The position numbers and the translations under genes are program-made. The notes under the pieces were generated by a model, which saw nothing but the letters and a program-made list of their open reading frames with translations, was not told the DNA's origin and searched no databases. A stretch of DNA of 64,000 nt from Glycera tridactyla (lineage: Eukaryota): positions 44,888,001-44,952,000 of the forward strand of contig OZ286475.1 of assembly GCA_965644265.1 (NCBI GenBank), in the 5' to 3' direction. Below, one piece after another: positions 51,250 to 64,000 of this stretch (positions are counted from its first letter, which is position 1; each line of letters starts with the position of its first letter).

Positions 51250-53370
51250 NNNNNNNNNNNNNNNNNNNNNNNNNNNNNNNNNNNNNNNNNNNNNNNNNNN
51301 NNNNNNNNNNNNNNNNNNNNNNNNNNNNNNNNNNNNNNNNNNNNNNNNNNNNNNNNNNNNNNNNNNNNNNNNNNNNNNNNNNNNNNNNNNNNNNNNNNNN
51401 NNNNNNNNNNNNNNNNNNNNNNNNNNNNNNNNNNNNNNNNNNNNNNNNNNNNNNNNNNNNNNNNNNNNNNNNNNNNNNNNNNNNNNNNNNNNNNNNNNNN
51501 NNNNNNNNNNNNNNNNNNNNNNNNNNNNNNNNNNNNNNNNNNNNNNNNNNNNNNNNNNNNNNNNNNNNNNNNNNNNNNNNNNNNNNNNNNNNNNNNNNNN
51601 NNNNNNNNNNNNNNNNNNNNNNNNNNNNNNNNNNNNNNNNNNNNNNNNNNNNNNNNNNNNNNNNNNNNNNNNNNNNNNNNNNNNNNNNNNNNNNNNNNNN
51701 NNNNNNNNNNNNNNNNNNNNNNNNNNNNNNNNNNNNNNNNNNNNNNNNNNNNNNNNNNNNNNNNNNNNNNNNNNNNNNNNNNNNNNNNNNNNNNNNNNNN
51801 NNNNNNNNNNNNNNNNNNNNNNNNNNNNNNNNNNNNNNNNNNNNNNNNNNNNNNNNNNNNNNNNNNNNNNNNNNNNNNNNNNNNNNNNNNNNNNNNNNNN
51901 NNNNNNNNNNNNNNNNNNNNNNNNNNNNNNNNNNNNNNNNNNNNNNNNNNNNNNNNNNNNNNNNNNNNNNNNNNNNNNNNNNNNNNNNNNNNNNNNNNNN
52001 NNNNNNNNNNNNNNNNNNNNNNNNNNNNNNNNNNNNNNNNNNNNNNNNNNNNNNNNNNNNNNNNNNNNNNNNNNNNNNNNNNNNNNNNNNNNNNNNNNNN
52101 NNNNNNNGTTTCTAATGGCAAGGCGCATAACTCTGCCTGTGATTGACTCTTCGATCTTTTTTCTCTTGTCCTTGCATATGTGTGTATGCTGAGGTGGAAT
52201 ATCAATGTAGCAGTTTTTTTAGTCCCCATTTTAGCACCACCACCGCCCAAGGACCATTGGTTCAAGATCCCAGATAGGCACTTCGACCATCGAACAGCCT
52301 TGGCGTTGTCTAGCTCATGCCAATTTCATAGAGCTCAACACTGAGGGCCCTGACAATTGTGTGGTCTGTGACTATCAGTGTAGTGTATGGTTCACCAGTA
52401 TTCGAACTGAATAGAGTGTATGTCAGCAAACATGTCATTGCCAATATACATCACGTAGTGTCGAATGTGCCTAGTGAATAGGAAGTGACAGCGTATCACC
52501 ATTTCACAGGCAGGAAATGCTATGTGTATAGGTTTTTTCATGAATATTTGATCGCAATCAAAGGATTTGTCTAGCCTATATTCGATGTATATACGCGGCC
52601 TTATGAGGTCACATGAAGCCAGGGGATGAAACTGACCGAGAATGCTACAAAGAGTATAACGGCTGCACAGGGATATATAAATTCACCTCCGTCGGAAATT
52701 GATCTTTAAGTGGATACTGGTTTCGAAATAATTGCATCCACCACTGGCGCGCTATTGGAACGTGTCTGAATGCAAAGCTTATTCATCATGACTGTATATT
52801 TCATCAGACTTCTTAAGGCTTCATGAATATTTATTGCGGAAGTGTATTCAAATGATACATCCCCCATCCATATCCTTTACAATCGATCATTACCTCATGT
52901 ATAATTAATTATATACAATATTTTTATGCTATGGTTTGGTACATCATATCCCGATATCATTGTCACAACCACCGCCCCCTCCTCTCTGTCTCTCTCTCTG
53001 TCTGTCTCTCTCTGTCTCTTTGTCCCTCTCTCTNNNNNNNNNNNNNNNNNNNNNNNNNNNNNNNNNNNNNNNNNNNNNNNNNNNNNNNNNNNNNNNNNNN
53101 NNNNNNNNNNNNNNNNNNNNNNNNNNNNNNNNNNNNNNNNNNNNNNNNNNNNNNNNNNNNNNNNNNNNNNNNNNNNNNNNNNNNGAAACGAAAAATGATT
53201 GGGCCGCTCATATCAAATTCAGCTACACATGAATAGCATATGTACAACATGGATCGTGTTAACCAATGGGCATTGAAATGGAGCAATCACAGTGTGCCAC
53301 ATGTATATAGTGTCCCATTACCCCATGCCCTATGTAGCGGCATGCGATTGACTTGATATTCTGTTGTTAG

Positions 53371-56300
53371 TAGTCCAAGAGCATTAGGTCAAAAATAGGC
53401 CCAACCCGGAAATAATTCAGATGAAGCTGGATTTCTCAGAATTACTCCCAAATATTGTCAGGAATAACATATCAAAATTCCCCCAAATTCCTCCTTGTGC
53501 TCTTTCCACAGTGAGTCAAGTTGTGAGGGAACTATTTTTCGGTTTTTAGTCATTCTGGGTGTCATACATTCAATGCATCTTGGTGACATAATTGAAAAAA
53601 ATCATCCAATATCAACATGGTTTGTTGTATTCTCACTGCTACTATGATGTTCCCTTACTCTAGTATGCTTATCCTCATGATCTGCTGTTCTTAAATGATG
53701 CTAGGGGTTCCAGGTTTTGTATCATGACAGATCTCAAATGATTATAATCATGGTATGAAATAAAATATTCGATTCACCTTTGTCTACATCACTTTGACTG
53801 ATTCCTTATGTTTCATATGATGCTTGACTTCATCATTGTGGTAGTTCTGGTGGTTTTGACTGTGCCTGTAGTGATATATATGGTTGTTGTGGTAGTGATG
53901 ATGGCAGATACATTGTTAGTTTGAACAAGCAGAATTTGGGAATGGTAGAGGCATAATCGCCAGTGGCGATGAAATGGTTTTTGATTCCCTCATACCTAGT
54001 AAATCTCTTTATTCAGACCAACAGGCCCCTAATGTAATTTGGCTTGCCAGGGAGCTGCTATATTCAGGTACACAATCCACTAATTGGAATAGACCTACTT
54101 GTAAGCCACTCAAAGATGTCACAACTTTCTGGAAGTTGGTTTGCATGGAAAATTCTATTTGTCCACAAAACAAAGGATGAGAAAAGTGGAATTATTGAGA
54201 TGGCTGCTTCCCATTTGGCCTTGTTGGCAATATTCCATTCAAAATATACACCAAGCTTATTGTCTCAGGACTTCAGACTATAGCTAACAGAAATGTCTTG
54301 AATATGGTGATGAGCCAGAAACTCTTAGATCTGCCAGATCACCGGGTACCTTATGGCACATCAAATATGTATTTGAGATATCTCCATTGCCATCATGGAG
54401 TGGTTTCATGCTATGACACAAGTAGAGTTGAAGTGTTCCTGGCTTACACTGGCTTACACTTGTGCAACGAGAATGTGAGAGGCAAGGTATCCACACATGC
54501 CCTATTACATTTGATCAGCTGCTTTAGGTCAAAAGAGTATAAATAGTAAAAGCTTCAAAAGATTTGGAAATAGTGTATAGAAGACTAGGAGGTTTTCACT
54601 TGCTCATGTCTTTTATGGGGTCCATTAGTAAAATCCTGTTTGGCAGTGGCCTAGGAGAGTTGTGGGAATCAAGGGTACCATTGTGCATATGATGAGTGAT
54701 CATGCTCATGCTAGTGCACTGTATGCTCATTTCCTGACATAAGCACCACTCACTAAAATCATGCTCCAGAATCCAGAACATCTTGTTGAGATCAGCAAAG
54801 AATGATTGTGTGCTTCATACATGTCTCTGCTTGACAAAAATCAGTCCTACAATGAGGTAGTTAAGGATGTATGTGCCAAAGACCGGGTGATATGGTATCA
54901 GGAATATTTACACAGGCTGCAGGTATAAGTGAAACAGGCAAACTTTGGATCCAGTATTATGAACAGGTCTCATTGATATGGCTCTTCATCAGAGCTGAAC
55001 AATTGGGTGATTGGTCTTTCCAAATTTACTCTATCAAGCAGATGCTGCCACACTTTCATGCTGCTGGGCATCTCGCATAAGTCAGCTCATCTCGAATACT
55101 TAATGCAATTATTTAAAACATCTGGTGGTCTGACACATGGATGTGGGATGACTGATAGCACGCAAACACGATGGGTATATGCAATGATCTGATGCATTCC
55201 CATTTGTAATGCATTAGCGAAGTTCACTAGTGTTTTCTCAACCACATCAGAGCAGTATAAAGACCTCTGTATGCCTACCCAGATCAGAGACATTACTGAC
55301 TTGAATACCTTCATACAGTGGTTAGAAGCTCCATTTGCCCCACAAGTTTCTGGTTTATTGGTGTCCATTGCCACAGGGATTATGTCTGATAGTTCAGTGA
55401 ATTGTGATAATGCTGTTCAGGTCAGCCATGATGCTAAAGCACAGATGGCAAAACCTTGTGTAAAATCACTTGGTGCTATGAAAAACACAGATCTTATCTA
55501 TGGAGAGGATATTGTTGTCAATCCTACATTACTCTTCAATAGAATCACATGTATTTTGAACACAAGTTCTGAAATGGAAACCTTTCTCAGATAAGGGCTA
55601 GCCTCACAATCCCCATCACTGTATTTGAATGATCTGGTGAAGAAAACCAAACAACAGTGCCTTTGGAATAATGTTGATGTCCCTGGCAGACTGTCAGGAT
55701 ATTCCTGAAAATGCTTTGTATGTCTTGGATGGGGGTTACCAACTCCAGACTGTTATTTGGCCTAAGCCCACAACATGTCAAGACATTTGTGATTCCTATA
55801 AGTCATACATCATCAGTCATTACAAGGTAGGCACAACAGTTGTCTTTGATGGTTATGAAGGGCCTCCATCATGCAAGTCCGATGAACAAAGTCATTGGGC
55901 TAAGGTCTACCTGTCTGCAGACATCTTGATAGCACCTTATTTGCAAACAACCACCACTCAGAGTGAGTTTCTCAGTAATGAGAAGAAATAAGACAAAGTA
56001 ATCAAGCATTAACAATAGTATTGGGTAATGGTGGTATCCTGGTTAAACAGTAGGTTCTGATGCAGATGCCCTCATTGTAAGGACTGCCCTACAGCTGGTC
56101 GCAGCAGAGGAGAAAGATCCCGTGGTTGTTGGTGGGACAGATACAGATCTGTTAGTCATGTTGACAGCAAGAGAAACCACATCAAATATGTATATGCTAT
56201 GTCAGAGTAGGGCAACAACTCTTGCTCTTGCCAATAAGAGTTCACTGAGTCATATGGAAGTCTTCTTGCAGAACTCTTAATAGTCATGTTGCCCAAGCCA

Positions 56301-57455
56301 GGGCGAGGGATTTGCTCATTCTTTATAGGGCTGAGATATTCAGCTTATCAGACAAGTACAGACATGTGGCATATAAATGTGCTGTTCCGAGGACCTCTCT
56401 CAGTAGTTCATTTCAGCTGAACAATCTCCCACCAACAAGTTCTGCTGCAAATCAACATTCTTATTGTGTCTTTCTACAGATTCAACAATGTTTGGATCCA
56501 ACAGATTGGGGCTTGGAACTCTCCGATCAGGCATTGCTCCCCGTCACATCTGATCAGCATGCTGCTCCCCAGGAACTGATGAAATTTATTAGCTGTGCTT
56601 GGAAAACAAGGTTGTTGATGGCATGTGGTTGTAAGAAGGCTGGAATGGTTTGTTCTGAAATGTGTATCCATTGCTTGGGTGTCTCCTGTGACAATGTACC
56701 AGCAGCTGAACATGAAGACCGATGACTATGCCCATCTGGTGGGTGAATTATCATCAACATTCACTTCTGATAGTAATGTACAACCATATGAAAATAGAAT
56801 GGGTGCTGTTTTCAAATTGAAATAAGAAAAATATGATATTTCCTCCAACACAAAATATCGTTCTATTTTCATTCAAAGTAGATCCCTTGGATATATAGCC
56901 CAGAACCCTGTGTTTCATTCCGAAAAGGTGTGTCAAAGAGAATATTTTGATATACTTTCTGGTCAATGTCAATTTTCCTACAACTGATGAACATCAAGAT
57001 AATATGCCTAACAATTATTGGTACTCTCTGTTCATCTAAATAAAAATCCAGTCCTCATATCATGGTGATCAGTATATGCATGTGTATGATATTCGATGAA
57101 AATACCTATAATTTACCCTTATTTCTGAGTAAATCTGACAAAATTGGACATTTCTGTAGGGGTATGCACCATATATTGTTATGAAATGATGTCATATGTG
57201 AGTTGATATCATATCATGTGGCTGTCACAAGCAATTATCTTGAAATTCTTCCATCAAGGACCATATATCAAATTTTGATATTTAACTGGTATAGCCCCAA
57301 AACAGGATTTTCAAAAATTAGCTCCCAATCGGAAAGCACAAGGGGGAATTTTGGGGAGTTTTGATATGTTTCTCTGTATGATTTAATAAAACTTTCCTGA
57401 AAAAATCAGCTTCATCTGAATTATTTCCGGGTTGAACCCTATTGCTCCTGGACTA
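53371..57455 (+). mobile_element. Academ-type DNA transposon (4085 bp) with a degraded transposase
   Basis: TAGTCC...GGACTA termini, TIRs of at least ~140 bp, 3-bp TSD TAG. Fragments KLWIQY...FIRAE..GDW...MLPHFHAAGH, VLDGG...VVFDGY, DADALIV, LPPTSSAA..H...DPTDWG, and a CXC-like CGCKKAGMVCSEMCIHCLGVSCDN. Confidence 0.85.
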
Positions 57456-60400
57456 TAGTCTTAGCCGCAGTGAAATACATCTTGATCACATTCCTAGTCG
57501 CCTGTGACGTAAACATAGCCGGTATATGAGTGTCATTTTAATCGGACCGAGATTGTTGATAGGCAAACAAAAACGTGCACGGCTAGACTTGACGGTCGTC
57601 AGCGTCTGAATCACTTACTCCTGAATCACTTACTCTCTTCTGATCTCACTGATTGATATTAGGTTATTCAATTCAGCTGTATCCAATGATCCATATTTAG
57701 GCGTGCGCTATCCATTGCATCAGAGCAATTGAAAGCATGCATATCCTTCTCTCAAATCAAGATGATTTCTTGTTTGATTTATTCTTCCCTAGGAAAAAAT
57801 ATCGTCAAAATGAAGACTAGGACCTGTCAAATATGTAGGTGACAGCGCTGTTTCCCAATGCAACATCAACAATCTGAGATTAAAAAGAACGTTTGTTCTC
57901 GTGATTGCCAATTGATATTACCAGTCCAGCAGCAAGACAAAAGTATTGTATGGCTTCCTGATGTGCATTGGATGGACCAATCGATACAGCCTTACTAGAT
58001 CACATTAGTTGTTGAACAAACATACAATCAGACAACTTACATCAGAATACTTTCTCGATTAGTGTGTGTAAATTTGCCCCATGAAGAAGATGAAATGTTT
58101 TTGAGTCATACGCAAGTGGGATTATCAAAACCTCATCATAGAAATTACCCCCTTGTTCTGGTGGAATATGCGAGACGGTAATCACACGTCTTCATCATCA
58201 AGGCCAATTACAAGGTTGTAATAGGGGCTTGACACAATGAAGATACATACAAAAACATGCTTATTGCTCCCATCTCCATCCTCATCCTCACCATCATTAT
58301 TGCCATCTTCGTCATTATCATTGGCAACAAACACATTATCCGAAGTAATACTTAAAGAGTGATAACTTTACCTTGAAAACACATTCAAGACCTTTTCCAT
58401 CAAATTAAATCCTATGAGCTTTATCTAAACTCACACATTGGTATACTAATACGTGCAGATTCGCACTCCCCCACACAAGGAAAATGATAACATTTGTATT
58501 GATACATATGAGTATTCATATGCAATCAGGCTGATGATAGATGATGTGTTTAGGTACAAAAAAAAACCAATGCATATCTTGGATAATGAACAGAAAGTAA
58601 GCACAACCTCGAAATGGACACACACACATTTTAACACATCCATACCAGGAAGATTGATTGATTGTATGGCCACAGAGCTAGTACGAATGTGCTATAAATG
58701 GGATGGAGAAGGATTCATGCTCATCATGAGAGCATTTATGCAAATAGATCCTAGGATGACATCCCTCCTGCCTAGGCATGCGACGATATTACGTATCTTG
58801 CATATCGTGCATTCAAGAATATAGATCAACCAATCTCTGTCAAATCTCATTGAATATCATAACTAAACATGTTAGTATGCGTTGGTGATNNNNNNNNNNN
58901 NNNNNNNNNNNNNNNNNNNNNNNNNNNNNNNNNNNNNNNNNNNNNNNNNNNNNNNNNNNNNNNNNNNNNNNNNNNNNNNNNNNNNNNNNNNNNNNNNNNN
59001 NNNNNNNNNNNNNNNNNNNNNNNNNNNNNNNNNNNNNNNTGCAGGGTGAACTTTAATGGTCAAATGAAACTGGAATGATTGTGGGACTTCACCTGTAACA
59101 TAGATAGATGAGTCAGCTCTGTAGTGTTATAAATCATGAATACTATTTCTCGACGAAAATATTCGCAAACCACCTATCAGCATAGGGAAATAGAGCATAG
59201 CTGCCGATTGGTGAGATCGAGACCTAGAGGGTCACAATTTTTAATCAGAAACCACACCAGTCCATCCGTAACAAACAAATTTGTTGGCTGACTAGAGGGA
59301 TTTTCTCACCATCGAATCTGATACTGAAACCGTGCCAGCTGACCTCCGATAGTGCTGGTTGCCATGGAGATTGTGCACGATGAAGTAACCGACCCTATAT
59401 ATGTGTGACCTATAACATTATTTTGAAGGAGGGCTGGAAAAGCAGATCACATTAAACATTTTCATCATAGGGGTTGTGTATAGTGGTCTAGCTGTGATAC
59501 TGCTTCTCAGTCCTCAAATTAGCCTTCAAATGTACTCCGGTATTGTGATTAAATGGAATGGATAGTTTGAATATATGAGTCTGTCATATGATTCGCTTCT
59601 GGGTTCATCTGGATAACCCCTTCTATGTAAAGTGAGGAAGTCGGTCATATGTGCTACATCTGGGTTCATTTGAACAATCCCCTCTATGGGAAGTGAGGAA
59701 ATGATCCCCAAATCTCGCGCATCTAGAACAGACTGAAGTGTCAATGAATATTGAAGGTGGATTCTGTAGTAGCTGGGATCACCCTAGCTCGAAAAGCTAC
59801 ATCAGAACTTGATTTAAGCATGTTCTAGTTCAGGGAAATTCTTGCTTAGGACATATTCAAGAGCATGATAGATTATTCCTATAAGTTTTCACAGCCACAA
59901 GTACCCTAATTGTCATAGCCAGTGCTCTGCTATCAACTGAAATGAAGATTCCGAATCACTGCATAACACACTGTGATCACTTCATATATGCGTGGGCCTA
60001 ATTACGCATCAAATTGAAGGATTCTCAAAAGATGACATTTTCATCTCGTTGATTATGTTATTCATAATGTGATGTGACGTAGGTGATAGGATATGCCTGA
60101 TCTCTCAAGACAGATGAGTTCATTCAGCTCCTACCTTTATATATGATGGCTGCTTTGAAAGAGGCAAACAAAGCATTCCATCTAGGTTTATGTTTGGTTC
60201 ACTATAGTGATATCAGGTTACAAGCCTTTTATACGAGGCAGGGAGCCCAGCCACGATGATGATAAAGACCTGAACTATTCATCAAGTCAGTCTCCTTCAC
60301 CAGGCACATCCAACCCAATCACCCGAAAATCTGTCATGGTTATCATTTCTAGGGAATGAACCTGCCTCAAGCAGTCGTTGAACGCACCTCCTCAGTGGAC

Positions 60401-62404
60401 TTATGATGTATATGAACTCGCGTTTCCCAATCTTGGATAGGATTAAATGCATTATCTCGGTAAGCTGTTTGAGTCACCTCTTTGCTACGAATCAAAACAA
60501 TACGAATCTGTAATGTCTTATGTTGATGATTTCCCGAGTGACATTTGTTGAAGTTTCTGGATGTTGTCGAGCAAACCAACGGCGAGGAAAGCAGATTATC
60601 CTACACCTCCTGTCTCTCTCCCAGTACGTTCATTATTTTTCCACCTAGATTCCACGTGAGTACCATTTATTAGACTATTGTTGAATTCACGTATATCTCA
60701 GTATATAGGTGGTGGTCCTAACAATGCGAGGTACTCCAACATGTGTCTCTGGACAGCTGCCGTTACAGCAGAAGCTAATTCTCAAATTGATGGCACATGA
60801 GATTCTGGGGGGATGAATCAGGATAAAGCTCACTGATTTCAGGAATGTTAGGTATACCTTTGGCATCATGACATGATGCTAAAAAGATAGACATGATAGG
60901 TATAAATTCACGCAAACTATTCAATAGATCTGAAGATGAATTACTGTCATAAAGGCAGGATATTCAGAATGGCGTCCTCCATCGAATCACAATGAGGGTG
61001 AGGGTGGGGTGATTGAGAGAGCAGTATGATGGAGGCAGAGAAGAGAGGTGAATCACTGTCATGTAGGCAGGAATTTCAAAATGGCATCTTCCATGGATTC
61101 AGCATATAGTTGCTGAGGGAAAAAGCAGTATGCAAAATGAGCAAATATGTTGCAGGATGAAGGCAAAAGAAGACAAATCCAGATTGGTGTGGAGGGAGAC
61201 ATGATTGTATGAGAATAAATCAAATCAGTCGCAGCCAACTATGCAGATCCGTACACGTCAACGGAAAAATCTCATCATGGTGAGCAAGATAAAAGAGACA
61301 AGCAAGATTGTGATAACTTGCCACTGCCATATTTGTTTCCGACAATAGCACTGTGACATGTGGAGAAAAGCACCCCCTGTCAACATCAGAATCACGCAGA
61401 GTAGCAGTGGGTGGCAATCAGTAGGGGCGGCGCGCTGATTGGTTGACGCCCTTGCAGAATTGACAACACCTATTTTGTACCCATTAAGCCAGGCATTGTA
61501 TCGCATTGTATTGCACTGGATTGTTGGGGGACCCGCCTACCATGATATTATGATCACAGGATTCTAGCTCAAATATTGAAGACAGAGACCATCTGTTTTT
61601 TATGATGTTCTTCATCAACTTTGTGAGTGGTATGTAGTAGCCTAGATCACTGAATGAACTCACCCTTCTTCACGATATAGAATGTGGATGAATCGATTCT
61701 GTGCCTAAGGTAAACATTAATGCCCCACCAATTGAACTATGCAAGTACATTCCTTAGCGGAACTGCTAGAACTTGAGTCGTCTCCCCCCCCCCCACACAC
61801 ACACCTTAGAAACAATCATGATCAAACTCAGGAATCAATATTATGAGCCGAGCAAAGTAAAATCACCTTGATTGAACAGAAGGGTCTTCAATCGGTGAAT
61901 ATTGTTCACTTCAAACATTCATTTGATACAGGGTGCTCCTCGTTATCATATTCTCTCTTGTTCATTGAAGAGCTGGTGTGACTCCAACCACAGTTTGAAA
62001 AAAAAAACTTGAAGAGAAGTAAGAATCATGCGACTAAAAACAACCTGAAAGAAAAAGCAGTAGAGATGATGTCATTGCATATCAGATGGGCTCCCGAGCG
62101 ATACCAAGCTAATAATATCCAAATGCTGGCTTGTTGGCAAATGATCGATTCATCGATACACCGATGTTGTCCAGGGTATTTGATTAGTCTAAATCTATAC
62201 TGTGTTCGATGATAGCAGAACGCACATACTATAGAATCCATATTTTGTCATGTTTTTCCCCGTAAAACATACAGGAAAAAGTAATTATAAGTCATGCTTG
62301 CTTCTCCTGAGAACATTTCAATTGGAATATGGGTTCAATGGTTTTTCATGAATTCGGAAGTCTGCCTAACCAGCATGCACCCCTGTGTGATGTTAATATA
62401 TGCC

Positions 62405-62448
62405 ATCATCATCATCATCCTCATCATCATCCTCATCATCATCATCGA
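62405..62448. repeat. (CAT)n microsatellite
   Basis: Direct inspection. Confidence 0.95.
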
Positions 62449-64000
62449 TCATTCAAATCACTTTTCTCACCTACCCAATGCTACTCCATCACCACCATAA
62501 AAACTCCGATAAAAAAACCTTGTTTCACCTACAAGTAGTCTCCTGTAACAAGGACAAAGTACCTGGGAAGATGCGGAAGAAAAAATGTGTATTCCATCAC
62601 TGATGGAACCAACACGTCAGCGTATTGCATTAACCTGACAGCTGCCCCATTAGTAGGGCGGGCAGGTCAGCTGACGGCCAATCCTAATGCCAACTGAGAC
62701 TTCTATTTATTATACCTTACATACATCATGTGGAGAGGATTATGGAGATATAGTGGCGTGAAAGCAAATACATGTCACGGTGATGTATAATTTATCGACC
62801 ACATCATCCGTGATTTGTGCTGGATTTGTCAATGACAAATGTTGATGTATATCTCCATATATTATATTCATATAGACATATACGCATGGTGGTAAGAATT
62901 CAAATAACTGGGACATGAAGAAAAATACATGCCACTCAAACATTAATGGATTTGTCTATGACAAATGCTGACGTGTATTTGCATGCGCTTGAGAGGAATA
63001 TGCATCCAAATAAATGTGTGTTTTCCATTGAAGCTGGAGAGCACTTCAAGAGGCAATGGTGATGAGACTCAGAATCATCAAAGTGGCCATTCATGACTTC
63101 ACCAGGTATGGCAATGTGACGTCATCGAGGAACAATCGGCTGAAACTGTAATCTATGGTCACCAATAGAGAAAAGGGCTTGGTCTCTCCACCAATCGAGT
63201 GCTTCTCCCTATTGAGTTCAACTCTGCTGAACGGTGTTTTATCCCAAATACGTTGAATTTGTTGCATAGTTTTTAGGTTCCATTGTACTTGCTCCACATA
63301 TTACTGTTGATCAATTAAATTCTGAATAATCTGGGCCTCCGGGAATATAATAGAACGATGAGGTGTTGGTCCTGGTAATTAGTCATATTGTGAGGGAACA
63401 AGTTAGAACTCGATCGGGCTAAACCGGATAGGAATTGGGACCGGAGGTCGAATTGTGCCGGTCATGTGACCTGAAATGGGTAGGNNNNNNNNNNNNNNNN
63501 NNNNNNNNNNNNNNNNNNNNNNNNNNNNNNNNNNNNNNNNNNNNNNNNNNNNNNNNNNNNNNNNNNNNNNNNNNNNNNNNNNNNNNNNNNNNNNNNNNNN
63601 NNNNNNNNNNNNNNNNNNNNNNNNNNNNNNNNNNNNNNNNNNNNNNNNNNNNNNNNNNNNNNNNNNNNNNNNNNNNNNNNNNNNNNNNNNNNNNNNNNNN
63701 NNNNNNNNNNNNNNNNNNNNNNNNNNNNNNNNNNNNNNNNNNNNNNNNNNNNNNNNNNNNNNNNNNNNNNNNNNNNNNNNNNNNNNNNNNNNNNNNNNNN
63801 NNNNNNNNNNNNNNNNNNNNNATGTACGTAGATAGACTGGTGAAGAGAGAGGCAGTAACTTACAGTAATGGAAGCGCATCTGATTGTAATTGACAGCACA
63901 TCCATACATCGTGAATGTGATGTGTCATTAGCTTTGTTGTGCTACATCAACTAACGGAGTCAAAGACATGAAGAGGCAGTGCCTGTCCATTCTGTCATGG

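Larger units (their letters stand above)
30860..64000. repeat. Unit 2 of the tandem segmental duplication, interrupted by the LINE nest, LINE D and Academ
   Basis: Same anchors as unit 1. 52108-62400 has no clear counterpart in unit 1. Confidence 0.8.

Noticed and set aside
51189-53286. Long ORFs containing X runs (also 21426-21713, 23372-23729, 58869-59078, 63403-63909)
   Set aside because: Artefacts of N blocks, which contain no stop codons.

Overview
AT-rich, repeat-dense animal genomic DNA; the element repertoire suggests a marine invertebrate (inference). No host protein-coding gene could be identified. The backbone is an old tandem duplication: unit 1 is ~4.8-30.8 kb and unit 2 is ~30.9 kb to the window end, about 70-85% identical by eye. 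Different mobile elements inserted into each unit. These are a DIRS-type retrotransposon at the left edge, two tRNA-derived SINEs with 13-bp TSDs, a Penelope GIY-YIG fragment with a degenerate hammerhead ribozyme, a hairpin non-autonomous element, a pogo/Tc1-like MITE, an Academ-type DNA transposon, and at least four CR1/L2-group LINEs. Three of the LINEs are nested (A contains B contains C), with junctions that restore the host reading frames. The most unusual feature is inner LINE C (33154-40443, minus strand). It carries an ORF1 C-terminal fragment, then a separate SGNH esterase frame with no usable AUG, then a 2-kb spacer and an EN-RT ORF2. A consensus GT-AG intron (40109-39428) would fuse ORF1 in frame to the esterase. 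All alignments were done by eye; no database searches were run.
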